Below are positions 51,668-64,000 of a stretch of DNA of 64,000 nucleotides, piece by piece. Location: contig OZ281495.1 in NCBI GenBank assembly GCA_965637545.1, positions 20,150,001-20,214,000 of the forward strand, written 5' to 3'. This DNA is from Phallusia mammillata. Lineage: Eukaryota. Position numbers and translations under genes: made by a program. The notes beneath the pieces are model-generated. The model had not been told where the DNA came from. It did no database searches and saw only the letters and a program-made list of their open reading frames with translations. Numbering within the stretch: position 1 is the stretch's first letter; each line of letters begins with the position of its first letter.

Positions 51668-52140
51668 CAGGGGTCACCAAACTTGTTTCAAACGGGGCGG
51701 AAAACACTAATCATGCGAGGGCCACACACAGGTTATAAGATTGAAATCTTATTTAGAATCAGACAGTGTTGAATGTTATAGAATCTCCCATATTGGCAAA
51801 ACTCATTTGTTTTAATCACAAGTAACAAAAAGGTTTGTTCGCGCACGATAACGAAGGCATTTAGCCTATACTTTTAGTTGGTGTTTTTTAGGTGGCACTC
51901 ATAGGCCACTATAGTCCTGTGAAACTAGGTGAAGTTAATACTAGCTAGTCTAGCATGCATGTTGTTGCGACAATACGTTTACAGTAAATTATGTTCCAAT
52001 AGCTAATTCAAGCTTTAGTTTTGATATATATTAGATATGTCTAAAAAAATATGTTAATACTTAATACCATAATATCTTAGCGGGCTGGATGAAATGACGT
52101 CGCAAGATGTTTTATGTTTGTTAAAATAATTTTTGGTCAC
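51668..52140. mobile_element. Degenerate hAT-type MITE (caggggtcaccaa family)
   Basis: Left TIR plus an internal gcgggctggatgaaatgacgtcgc motif shared with the 45784 copy. Confidence 0.5.
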
Positions 52141-52162
52141 TATCTAGTATCTACACTACAGT

Positions 52163-52355
52163 CAGGGTTTTTTAAGGTTTGGTTTGGGTGACCGCTAAGT
52201 AGTTTTAAGAGACCGCAAGTGTTTCATTTAAATACCAAAAAATAGCCATATTTGCTTAAACGAATTATTTATTAGGCTACTGGCAAATTTTGGAAAACCG
52301 CTGGAGAAATTTGGGGGACCGTTTCGGTCCCCCAAAACACCTTAAAAAAACACTG
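52163..52355. mobile_element. hAT-type MITE
   Basis: TIR cagggttttttaagg...ccttaaaaaaacactg; exact TSD actacagt. Confidence 0.85.
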
Positions 52356-52499
52356 ACTACAGTACGTTACGAATCCCTACTGTAACGGATAAAATATCGA
52401 TCGTTTACGGTTGATTGCACTTCACGCGCGCTATACGTACACTTAATTATTTATTGGTAACGGTAAGTAAGTGTTAAATGAGTCGTGATTGTGATTCAT

Positions 52500-52899
52500 G
52501 GGCTACTCTAAAATACGCAATCTACGCAATCTACACAATCTATGCAATCTATGCAATCTATACGCAATCTACCCAAAAAAAACTAGTTAATATGTTGACG
52601 GTTAGGGCTATTAGGGTCAAGGTGAGGGTTTGTAATACAAATAACGTTATAATTTAATCTCAGATACCTTTTGGGCCTAATTTTTGTTAAGGTGCGGTAC
52701 CCTACGGTGTTTGGTACCACTCTCAACAGATATGAGAATAATAAGCCCAAACTAGGCATCTAAAACAAAATTTTAGTATTATTTTCATTACAAACCCTCA
52801 CCCAGAGTCCAGACCCTACAAGCTCTAACCGTCAACATATTTAAAAGTTGCATACGTTTTATAAGTAGATTGCGTAGATTGCGTATTTTGGAGGAGCCT
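52500..52899. mobile_element. Mutator-like (9-bp TSD) MITE
   Basis: TIR ggctactctaaaatacgcaatctacgcaatctac / gtagattgcgtagattgcgtattttggaggagcc; 9-bp TSD gtgattcat. Confidence 0.8.
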
Positions 52900-52920
52900 G
52901 TGATTCATAAGCATATAGAG

Positions 52921-53137
52921 CAGTGGTTCTCAAACTCGGTTTTCGGGGCCGCATGCGGCTCCCAACTACTTATTTTGCGGCTCGCACCAGACCTCAGAAA
53001 ACCACCAAACATTGCTATTTTAGCTTTCAAAGTCATCTTCTTTAGTGATTTTCTCAAGGTTTCGTTTTTTTGCGGCTCCCTACACACTTAAAAAAATACC
53101 ATTTGGCCCCGACAATAAAAAAGTTTGAGAACCACTG
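52921..53137. mobile_element. hAT-type MITE
   Basis: TIR cagtggttctcaaact...agtttgagaaccactg; exact TSD atatagag. Confidence 0.9.
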
Positions 53138-53826
53138 ATATAGAGCCTGGACCCCCCTATATAATGTATAGGGAGAGTCCAGACTCCATTTGTTTATGAC
53201 TTTATTCTTTTGGTAAAATGGATCAAACAATAAGTTAAGGTTAAAATGGTGTGCACAGCACACTGCGGCATGGAATCTGTCTCTGGGGGGCAACATTTCT
53301 ATTTGTGTATAGGGGCTGGGGCCCTGTTGCAAAACTAAGTTTGGTTGTACTTGTAGTTTAACATAGACAATGAAAAGGAGGAGTTTGTGAAAACATAAAT
53401 TCAAAATTGCAAATAAAGAGGTTGAGAAAGAAAGCATTTTTCCAGGTGCCTATCGTAGTGTTGTTATTAGTGTATGTGGAGTGATGGAAAAGAGCTATGG
53501 GCTGCAGCTTGCTTTAGGACATTTGCAAATCTGACAGTGTACATGAAGTTTATTTTAGCATGACATTTTGTACCTATACTGCATAGTTAAACTACTAATT
53601 ACAAAAACAAAAATATATATATATTCAATATTCTAGAATTTTTTTTTTTTACTTGCCTAAAGTGACACCAACACACTATCTTTCATGCAATGCTTCATAC
53701 ACAATTTAGCAAGCTGTTACAGGAATAATTGATTTAGCTGTCACATTTTATTTGGCTGTGTTGTGTGGAAAGTAACATGTTTAAAGTAGAACTGTTATAT
53801 ATATCTTCTTATTGCTTAGATAAAAA

Positions 53827-55086
53827 ATGCGGGTCAAATGCCAAGTTGAAGTGGTGAACAGAAATGTTGCATCACAAGGGATGAGAGGTGGGTGTGGAAA
53901 AGCTGCTCAAGCAACATTATTCCTGGCAAGAAAACCGGGAGATGTTGTTTTTTTAATGTACTGCACTGCACGAGACAAGCAAGGAGTTAAGTACAAGGTT
54001 AAAGAAAACATCAAACAAATTTTCGGGAAGTTTTTGTCTGATGGAAAAGCAACCATTCGTCTGAATGAGCCAATGGTTGATTTATGCATTAAAAAGGCTG
54101 ATCCGATTGAACTGAAACGTATTTTAAATGCACTTGCAATGGCACACAAAGGACAAGCGTTATCTGGTCAAAGTGTTCTTTCATCTATGGCACCTGCCAA
54201 AACAAAGCATATCGAAACACCTAAAACAAAGATGAATATTTCCACGAGAAAAGACTACCCAACAACTACATCATTTCCAACAAAGCTTGAGAAACTTAAG
54301 GTAAATGACTGTCAGTTAGTAAAAGTTGATTCAAGGATACTTGCTTTAAAATATTTAACATCACTGGATTTGAGTTCGAATAAAATCAAGATTATACCCG
54401 AAGCTATAAGTGAAATGCAGTCATTGGCTGAACTGGTTTTGTCTCATAACTTACTGACAGAACTTCCAAACCTTTGTAAAAAGTCTTCAATGCTTTGCAC
54501 AACTTTAAGAACTTTACATCTGGACAACAACAACTTATCCAGTTTGCCACATTGCATTTGTTTGTTAAGTGAACTGTGGCAACTTCAACTTAGCCACAAC
54601 AAGTTAAAAGAGTTACCCAAGGAAATTGGAAACTTAAGCAAGTTGAAACGATTTGGAGCTTCACATAATCTTCTCACCTATTTGCCATATTCATTTACTA
54701 ACCTTCGTCTGGAGAAACTGGATTTGTTTATGAACAATTTTGGTGATCATGATAGGCCACTGAAAACGAATGGAGGATCAATATGCAAAATTATATCACT
54801 GAAAGAATCCTGTGCACGAGTTGTAAGAAGAAAAAGAATGTTTTTCAATAATAAAGAACTATATTCTCATGTGATTATCAGGTATCTTAGGTGTGGTAAA
54901 CAGTGCCCATGTACAACATACTGCTTTGAGTCATATGTGTATTTTATGGTAGATTTTGATCTAAAGCAAATATGTGAAAATCTTGTAGGTTTAGATTCAT
55001 CAGGTCGCACTAATGTGATGGTAGAAGCTGTTATCTGCTCTCATGAATGTATGGCAAAATATTTGGGACGGGGTTTGTTTCTGTGA
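53827..55086 (+). CDS. LRR1: Leucine-rich repeat protein 1 (CRL2 substrate receptor), single-exon CDS
   Basis: 419-aa ORF: MRVKCQVEVVNR...KENIKQIFGKFLSDGKATIRLNEP (LRR1 N-terminal PH-like region), LRR repeats, BC-box-like SLKESCAR, and a C-terminal Cys cluster ending CSHEC. Confidence 0.92.
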   Translation: MRVKCQVEVVNRNVASQGMRGGCGKAAQATLFLARKPGDVVFLMYCTARDKQGVKYKVKENIKQIFGKFLSDGKATIRLNEPMVDLCIKKADPIELKRILNALAMAHKGQALSGQSVLSSMAPAKTKHIETPKTKMNISTRKDYPTTTSFPTKLEKLKVNDCQLVKVDSRILALKYLTSLDLSSNKIKIIPEAISEMQSLAELVLSHNLLTELPNLCKKSSMLCTTLRTLHLDNNNLSSLPHCICLLSELWQLQLSHNKLKELPKEIGNLSKLKRFGASHNLLTYLPYSFTNLRLEKLDLFMNNFGDHDRPLKTNGGSICKIISLKESCARVVRRKRMFFNNKELYSHVIIRYLRCGKQCPCTTYCFESYVYFMVDFDLKQICENLVGLDSSGRTNVMVEAVICSHECMAKYLGRGLFL

Positions 55087-55317
55087 CCGTTTTTTTATTT
55101 GCAAAATATGTGTTTGTTTCTCACTGTGATTGCTTTGTGTTTCTTGCACTGTTCTGTTTGGTAAATGCTTACAAATCAATTCATCTCAAAATGCCTTATT
55201 GTCTGAAGAAAAACAACGGTAAATGTATCTTAATGCAATCACATTTGGACTGACCAATTTATGCGAATAGGCAAGAACTCCGAGTATTCGAAGTTGTTTA
55301 TTTTGAAGTCACGACCA

Positions 55318-55833
55318 ATCAGGTCTAGGTTTACTTATATCTGTAGCAGGGATGACTCAAGTCAAAAACAAGGACATTTCTTGGAAATAAGGACGATGAT
55401 TTTTTTTGAGACATTGCCCTTTAAAATAAGGACAAATCTTAAAACAAGGACGGTATAGCTCCCTGGCTATTAGTTTTGGGGTCGGGGTTTGTAATTACAA
55501 TAACGTTCGTTCTATTGACAGGGTTGCCGTATCGTCCTTATTTCGAAGATTTGTACTTGCTTTTGACTCGAGTCCTTATTTTGTCTTTTTTTCAACAATT
55601 ACAAGTCTAATTTCTGCAAAAAGTAAACCTAGACCTGAGCGGTCGTGAGATGCACGAGGTATTTTCCACGAACAAGAAGTTGCTGAAACAGATTGTTTCT
55701 GGCCAAACATATGGCATGCGATATGTCATGGCTCATATAAATGCAAAGATTTCTTTAAAAACGTTTGTTTGTTTCACATGAGGATTTAATTTTTCGGTTG
55801 GCCATATTTTGGGGTCCATGTCAATGGCAACCT
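55318..55833. mobile_element. Two oppositely oriented copies (one partial) of a cagggttgcc MITE family
   Basis: 55519-55833 is the reverse complement of the 56755-57134 family; 55318-55460 is a same-orientation fragment (caggtctaggtttact...aataaggac repeats). Confidence 0.7.
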
Positions 55834-56069
55834 ATTGCACATAATATTCTCACATACGGGGTTTAGTTCGTGGTTTGGTTTGAATAGTAGACTAGAACAA
55901 CTGTTTGAAGCCTGGGCATTGCATTGGTGACGTATATTAATAGAGTAAATTCCTGTAACTGCATGCGAAGACAGCGAAAATTGTGGTGCCCAAACGACAT
56001 TTGAGCAGAAAACACGACAAGTGTGTGGCACGTTATATTCCCTATTATATGTTACGTCAACACATGAAT

Positions 56070-56158
56070 GTTCGAACCCAGGACGCTTCCGGAGACGAAT
56101 CCCGATCAAGGTTTTTTATCTGTATGTGGGTCAGGCGCGCCGAACCATTCGGCCAAGT
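56070..56158 (-). mobile_element. tRNA(Leu)-like SINE copy
   Basis: gttcgaacccagga...gacgaatcccgatc...tgggtcaggcgcgcc..aacc.ttcggccaag aligns with 22538-22626. Confidence 0.75.
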
Positions 56159-56569
56159 TGCTGCTCTGTATTTACCAATAAAATGAGCAAACTGTTAGGC
56201 CTACTGCTATTGCTCCATCTAGTGAAATTTATAATAAGGTAGGTTAAATGTGAAAAAGTCAATACTTTTTGCATGTTATTCGATTCAATGTTACATCAAC
56301 AATAAAATAAAATAAAACTGTTGACAACACGACCTTGCATTTGGAATAGGGTTATTTTTTTGAAGCAGCTTGTTTATTTAAATGCCACTCACTTATACTT
56401 AAAGTTCTTGTCCTAAATTGCAATTGGTATAAAGTTGGCTAAGGCACGTTCAAGTTTTGACATTTCCTACGGCACTGCTGACAGTTAGGGCTACACGCTA
56501 TCTGTATTTTGCAACCTCCTACGAGGTACCAGAGATTATACCAAAATAGTCTCTCGTGGTACTCTCAAC

Positions 56570-57447
56570 CAAGGATGGCAGTACGGTACGGTACGTATTG
56601 CATAGACCGTACCATGTACCTCGTTACGTAGAGCGTATCGTACCGTACCAAATGTCAAAAATGAAAACGTACCGTACCTTCAAATAAACCAATCGGGATT
56701 AGGTTGGATACGTTTTATGACATGCACTTAAAGAAGAGGTCCCTAACCTCTAAACAGGGTTGCCATCGACTTGAAACCAAAAATAAGGACAATCGAAAAA
56801 TCCAATTTTCATACGAAACGAAACAAACGTTTTCAAACAAATCTTTGCATTGATACGAACTATGACATACCACATGTCATATTTTTTATGCCCAGCAGGA
56901 ACAATCTGTTCCAGCAACTCCTTGTGCGTAGAAAATACTTCGTGCATCTCACAACAGCTCAGGTCTAGGTTTACTTTTACCTGTAGCAGGGATTTGACTA
57001 GTAATGGTTGAAAATAAGACAAAATAAGGACTCGAGTCAAAAATAAGGACATTTCTTAAAAATAAGGACAATGAACTTTTTTAAGACATTGCCTTTCAAA
57101 ATAAGGATAAATCTTGGACGGTTTGGCAACCCTGACTCAAGCTGCCCCACTGCAACCAGCTTATTCGAAATGAAAGGTTGATGTGTTTTCTATGATGGGC
57201 TCGTGCAGCGACAATGTGTAATTTTTAACCGCATGTTTCTTAAAATCATTGCCGCGAAAGAGACAATGATACAAACACTAGCTAGCTTTTTTAACTAACT
57301 TGAGAATCAATTACAAATGCCGAATTAATCTCTGTTCTTGTCATGTGCGCATTTCAATAATAGGCCTACAGTGCGTGTAACCCTCCCATTGGATAGCAGT
57401 CAGCTCGTAAGCACAAAATATTTAGTACTATCGTACTGCCATCCTTG
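56570..57447. mobile_element. hAT-type MITE containing a nested MITE (56755-57134)
   Basis: TIR caaggatggcagtacg...cgtactgccatccttg; exact TSD ctctcaac; inner element cagggttgcca...tggcaaccctg. Confidence 0.88.
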
Positions 57448-58216
57448 CTCTCAACGGAACATGCATATAGCTTTAATTGGTTAGATTTGGATTAGGCTAG
57501 GCATATACATTTTTCTTTTGCATCGGTGCAATTTTTTTCTGTTCCATTTTGTGTAAGTTTTTTTCACATTTTTGAAAGGTTTTCTTTAATATACAAGGCC
57601 AAATTTGAACTTTGCTGTGGTTTATGGCAACACACATTAAACGATGTTCATTCCTTGTAATGGAGATACATATGTCAGTAATACGGATTTAATGAGGTTG
57701 GCAGCCACAAAGCCCCCAATACGCCCTTGAACCCAACCACTACTCCACTGCTAATGGCCCCTGAGCTTACGTATTCCCCTGCCCTGCGGGAATAGATTAG
57801 CAACAGTCGTCAAATATTTCACGCATGACTGCGTAGACGTGTTTGCACTTTATCAGAGTTGGCTCGCGCTAAAAATGCTATTTTTAAAAACGTAAATTTG
57901 TAAAGTTTACAATATCTTTCATGCTTTTCGTTCTTTCTCATTTGGGTTTTGTTTTAGAAATATTGAATTCGATAAAGAATCGTTGTCCAGGTGAACAAAA
58001 CATGCAGCCACTTATTCAACGACATGTTTTGGTGAGAGAGATCAGAGGACACTAGGACAGCACGTTACTAAAATTCACTGAAGTTCAGACTCTTTGTTGT
58101 GAGCTTGTTACTAATTGTCGTTAGTTTAAGGAGTGTATTTAATAAAGTAAGATTGATGAAATGTTGTATTCGGAATAGTTAAGTAATGATCAAGATAAAT
58201 TGAGCATTACGTTGAA

Positions 58217-61200
58217 ATGGATGAAGAAGAACGCAAACAAAAGCTGGAAGCTGGAAAGGCTAAGGTATTTTATTTTAAGAAACCTAAATCAATTTTCGTT
58301 TTGAGGTTTCTTTGATAAATTATATACCTTTCAAGAAAACATCAATATTTGTTTGTACATTCAAATCTTGAGTACAAGAAGTCTGAAAAAGATACAGGGG
58401 GTGGTTTGGATAGGAGACTGGAATAAAATTTAAAACCTAGGCATTTCATTGATTTGTAATTCATTGCGATAAATTCTGTAATCGCATTGTCTGAATAATG
58501 GATTGTGTACGTCCGAGGAGCATCTTAAACATAGAAACATGAGATCCACAGTTTTGTCCCTATTTTAAAACAACGTCTTAAAAATTATCATTCGTCATTT
58601 GCCCTTTCTTGTCTTAAAAAAATAAAAGGTTCAACATATGGCCAATAACAAATTGTGTAAACAGCTTTTTTACCTAAAGTCAAAAAAATGTTTTAATGGT
58701 GAAAAAATCTTTCCTAATAAGTTGTTTGAAGTCAATTTAATGTGAACTGTAAAAGCTTTATGAATATAAATAAAAACTGCAATGAGAATGTGCATTAAAG
58801 TTGGGGAAAAACCTTTAAACTTAACAAAACAATCATCGTTATATTAGCTAACATATTTGCTTTTTTAGCTGCCACTGTTCGTGTTATGCATAATATTATT
58901 AATTTTTTTGCAGCTTGCTAGCTTTCGGAAGAAACGTTCTGGTAGTAAGAAAAAGAAGAGGACAACTGATTCAGTGGTTGTTACTCCACGTATGTCATGT
59001 GTTTAGAATTAAGAAAAAAAAAAATTATGTAAATTTTCACCAGCTATTGAAGGGCTGCATGTAGTGTAATTTTAGGATGAACACTATTATAGAAATTCAA
59101 AGAAAAGTTATGACCATCTTGTTTGTCAATATCTTTTTATTGTAGGTGATGGATCTCATTCAGAAGAAGTTGGTGCAGGAGACAGTATTGCTGTACAAAC
59201 AGGGGATGACACAAGTTTAAGAGCTTTGTCACCATTTGATGAAACTGATAGGTCTTCAACTACGGCTGATGAAATTTCCACAGAGGTGATTAACTTCTTT
59301 ATTTGTGTTTTAATCATTTTTGCAATTCGTGGTTCAGTTTGTTTGTTTTGTGCATTGAATTGTATTTTTTCGGATCTATATGTTCGGCCAGTTTATAGAA
59401 CGATTTGGAGTTTATTTATTTTATAAACAGTTTGGTAACTATGCATGCAATTATTGTCACCAGGAAGAGAGTGGCTACAATGTTGGCCTATCTCCCATTG
59501 AGAAAATTCAGGAACTGGAAATAACTGTATCAGATCAACAGGTTGCACTACAAAAGTTGACACTTGAAAACAAAGAGCTCCGAAGCAACAGTAAATACAA
59601 TGTTGTTTTACATATTAAACAAAAATTGACATTCTGTATAAGTACATTGTTTCTAACCACAAGTAAAAGATTTGAAACAGGATAAACTTGCAACTTTTCT
59701 ACTCTATGTTTAGAAGCACAATAAGCAAAATAACATATTTTATTATTATCATGATGACTTTCTTGAGCTGTAAACTACTTGGTGACATAATTTTTGATTT
59801 AGATCAGGTGACACTTTTGGAAACCAGTATCAGTGAAAGGGATGCAATTATATACGAACTGCGAGACAGTGTAACACAAACTGCAAACCATGTTAGACAC
59901 CTACAACAGCAACTGACAAAGGCCACTGATGCTGTGATGGATTCTGGTGGTGAACAGACGGAGGTAATTACATGTAAACTGTTTAAAAATGTGACATTGT
60001 TTGACTTTAAAGGTAAACTGAATCTAGTACAGATGTGATACTCTCCTTTTATTATATTGTTTTTAATTTTGCAGATTGTGGCAGAACTGACTGAAACCAG
60101 AAGTAAACTTGACTTGTACAAGGTGGAACTTTCGAAACAGGACCAAGTAATGCAGGCAATGGCACAAAAGTTGGCAGAGAAAAGTTTAGAAGTCGGAGAA
60201 GTGGAAGAAAAATGCAGATCGCTTAGGTCTGAGTTGGAAAAAAGTCAGCTTGCAACTTCCGAGGATAGTTCAGGTTTGCAAGCGAATTTATTTTATATTT
60301 TTTTACATTTTTGTGTACCTTTTTTGAAGGTTCAAGTGGGGAAGTTGGTGAAATTACCTTTGTTTTTATGCAGCTTTAAGGTCTGTCCAGGATGAAATCG
60401 AAAAAGCAAAAACTATGATCAGAGCTGAGTTGGAAGAGCAACATGGATTACAAATTGCAGCCATTAAACATGAACATGCTGAAGCACTTAAGGCTGCAAG
60501 ACAACAGGTGAGTTTAAAGTATTCTGTCAACATGTTGGTTTATAATTTATTAAACTGCAAAAAATATTTTTTTAACTTAAAAATGACTGCACTGGATATG
60601 ATTGGTTATGACAAAAATACCCTGTTTTGGGGGCATTGATCAATGTATAGATGTGTTTTATTGTAAGTCGTATTACATTGTTGTACATGTGAAATATTTA
60701 TTAATATCTTACATGTATTGACAGCCCAGCAATACTGATTTGCTTACCTCAAATTAACAATGCTTGTTGCTAGTTGTTTTACAACCCTGGTATTAATATT
60801 TAAAACTTCTCTTGGTCAAAGCATTTAAATTGTGTTCTGGTAGAGTTATAATTGTGTATGTTTTTGTAAGTTGTGTGGGTCAGCTTGTTGTGGGACAATT
60901 TAAATTTACCGGCTCTATTTGTTGTTCAATACGCTTTCAGTTGGGTCATGCCTGATTGAGTTACACTACGCACACATGAGAGAAAGAAAAGCAAAACAGT
61001 GCTTGCCTATTGTAGTGTTGAGTGCCTGCCATTCATTGAAAACCGTTTAAACTCCTTGAGACATTAGTGACTGTTGTTTGGGCTATCACATGAACCAAAT
61101 TGTTACAGGTTAAAGAATTTGTTGTTTGCATTTTGTTTGCTTCCATGGTACACAATTTAGCACAATAGGTTAATAGCATAATGGCAAAGAATGAATGTAC

Positions 61201-63215
61201 AAAATTTACCGAACTGGAATTAACAAAAAGCTGCACAAAAAAGTTGCAAAAAATTTAACAGAAAATAATGTACGTATTATTTTCTTGATCTGTAACAACT
61301 TCCACCTGCTACATCATTTTTGCTATCTGCTTCACCTTCAAATATTTTCTTAACCACCTGTGTTTTTGCTATTGTTATGTCAAGCAACAGTACTTCACAC
61401 TGAGAGGTCCCAGAAAAATGCCAGGATATCTCTGAGCACTTATTTCTTATCCCGGCCCTTACTTCTAATGTCAACACTCCTCACTCTACACAATTGCCAT
61501 GTGGCCACAAGTGTTTTGATTGTCCCATAGTTGGCAAAGCGTCATAATGGTGACGGATTGTAAATTCCAACTGTTTTGATTCAAATATTTGCTTTCATAA
61601 GTTTCCACTCGATCCCCACGCTAAGGCAGTTTCTAGGCAGCATATTGGTACTAAGTAGTGTTCAATATTTTGTCATTTTTTAATAGTATATTCTTTGTGA
61701 CATTGGGAATGTGATTAAATCTTGCAGAATGTAAAATATGTTACAATCAGAGTTTTGTGTTTAGAAAAATGGTAACTTGTTGAGTAATTTTACACCTGAA
61801 ACAGGTAAGCACCAACTTTTATTTAAAGCAGTTGAATAGTTTATTAAGAGTTTAGTGACTACTCAAATGCATATTTATTGGTGTTGCAAATCTTATTACC
61901 AATGTTTTGCATTTAAGATGGAGGGTGCCCAATCGAATATGAACACTGAGTCATCATATGATCCTGAGGATGTACGTGCATATCGTGAGCAAGTTGCCAT
62001 GCTTAGTGCTCAGCTTGAAAATGCTTACAGGGATGTGGATAAATTAAAACGAGATCATGATAAGGAGGTTTGCAAACTTTGCTTTGTAATTTTCTGATTT
62101 AACTCCTGTTTCGGCATTTGTCTGGATTTGTATTTTTTGCAATTTAGGTAATTCAACTTAACCAGCAGTTAGTAAGCACTGTAGATGAGTATGAAACCAA
62201 ACTTATGGAAGAAAAGGCTTTATGTGAAGATTTGGAAAACAGACTGGAAATGTCAGATACTGGTAGGTTTTACTTGGTGACAAATTTTTTTCTGTTCACT
62301 GTATGTTAAATGTTTTGTGATTGTAATGTCCATCAACTGTTCTTATTTTGCAGTAAGTTCTGAAATACAAGCCTCATTTAGCAAACAGCTTGAGCAGTTG
62401 GAAGAGGAAAGAGACACATTACGACAACAACTTCGTCAATCGCAAACTCGTGCTAAAGAAAGCAGTGTTTCCAAGAAACAAATTAAAGTAATTGCCATTG
62501 TTTTGCACCTGAATTGGTATGTGTTGATGATTTTTTTTAAATTTGTGTTGAAAGGACTTGGAAGATGAAGTGGTTTCGTATCAGAAAGAACTTGCAGATG
62601 CAACACAAAGAATAGAGGAGACAGAAAAAGCAAAAAGAAACCTACGAGATGATATTGAGCGAATGGAAGAATCTGCTGATAAACTGGTATTTATGTTTCA
62701 ATACACTCTTTTTCCTATAATCCTTAGCAATGCGAAATATAAAAATTGAACAGCTTTTCTGTCGACACAGAAAAGTTACATATTTATATTTGTAATCCAC
62801 TTGCTATGAATTTCCTAAACTTCTTGAATGTTTATAATCTCCTTTAATAAGTAGTTGACAAATGTTCATGTGCAGAAAAAAACAAAGTCTGCACTTGAAA
62901 CTGAGCTTGAAGCAATGAAAGACCACCTCAATGAATCCAAGCTTGAAATGCAACAACTCAATGAAATGCATGAGAAGAAATCCAAAGAGGTACAACAGGT
63001 TCAAATGTATATTGCTAAGCAAGCTTTGTTAAATTAATTAAATGTCTCTCCCTTTTTCAAAGCATGAAGATTCACTTGCACAATTACAAGCCGATCTGGA
63101 CACAGTAACACAAACTGCAGTGCAGGACAAAGAAGACAATGAAAAGAAACTTCAAGACTGCAAGAATGAACATTCAGAAGAATTAAAAAATCTGCATTCA
63201 CAACACCACAGACAG
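58217..63215 (+). CDS. Pericentrin/AKAP9-like large coiled-coil protein, 5' portion (probably continues beyond the window)
   Basis: MDEEERKQKLEAGKAK/LASFRKKRS matches the PCNT/AKAP9 N-terminal motif; followed by many short E/Q/K/L-rich heptad exons. Confidence 0.78.
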
Positions 63216-64000
63216 GTAAAATTTTGTGCTGAAATCTGCTGCTGTTGTCATATTATTCTCAAATATATTACTTTACAAATTAAAACTTCTGCTCAAATTA
63301 TTGTGACATATAGGTGCAAAAAGTTTATTTTATTAGCTTTATTCAAATTTATACTTTCTAAGTTGTATGATTTTTTTAAATTTTGTTTAACTTCTCAATT
63401 AGAATAGTTTTGCAGAATGCATTTTTGTCATACAAGGTGAACCTGTATAATTAACATTCAAACAATAATAATAATAATGTATGTCATCTCCCGTTATCAT
63501 TTACATGTTGATATTACGTAGCTAATACGCTTACCTGTGCACACAAATTTGGCTAAATTATTGATGCAGCAAGCTAGTTGCATATGCATATAAAATATTC
63601 ATAGCTTTACTCTTTTTCCATTTCCCCAACTATTAGCACAAAACTCCGCTACACCATAGAGAAAGCTTCTTTCGAAAGTTTAAAGGTGCTTAAACAGTCC
63701 AGAATGGATGATTTTAGCCCTGAAAGTCAGTTGTCTTCAATGTTTGGCAGCAGTTCACAGACTTCCATGAAACAGTGTTCATCATGTGGTTGCGTTCGAG
63801 TGGTTTCTCGAATGCCCAACAGTGAGTTGAGGTTGATCAAATTTGGTCCAGCAGCCCTTGCTAAAGCTGCTGCTTTAAGTGATGACTTGAGTGACAGCGA
63901 TACAGACTCATGTTGTTGTATTTGCCATTTGGAAGATATTTCCCATTCCCCAAGTTTATCACCTTCCATGGAAGATTTAAGTTCGATACATGATGATCAG

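Noticed and set aside
52600-52830. Telomere-like ttaggg/taaccc motifs (also near 24925-24950)
   Set aside because: Degenerate, few copies, and at least at 52.6 kb internal to a MITE
61765-61804. Possible micro-exon in the pericentrin-like gene (good gtaag donor)
   Set aside because: 40 nt would shift the frame between two phase-0 exons; unsupported without RNA data

Overview
Compact, AT-rich, intron-dense animal genomic DNA with many 50-100 bp GT-AG introns and abundant MITEs. An ascidian/tunicate is my best guess for the organism, but this is inference and not proven. Genes in order: the tail of an uncharacterised Q/H-rich gene (+); a ZIP/SLC39 zinc transporter (-); a small secreted Sushi + AbfB/otogelin-type beta-trefoil protein (+); a Barx homeobox gene (-) with large non-coding flanks; two tandem AA15-type lytic polysaccharide monooxygenase (LPMO) genes with Thr-rich linker and CBM14 (-); WDFY2 (-); an UNC-93-like MFS protein (+); LRR1 with an intronless CDS (+); and the 5' part of a pericentrin/AKAP9-like gene (+). 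Repeats include many hAT-type MITEs with 8-bp TSDs, one Mutator-like MITE, a tRNA-Leu-like short SINE family and a nested hAT/MITE/LINE pile. The strongest leads are the duplicated, diverging secreted LPMO-CBM14 pair, a TSD-flanked 297-bp retro-like element with an internal, apparently antisense tRNA-like cloverleaf (non-canonical anticodon), and the Sushi-AbfB protein. Exon boundaries were read by eye and may be off by a few bases.
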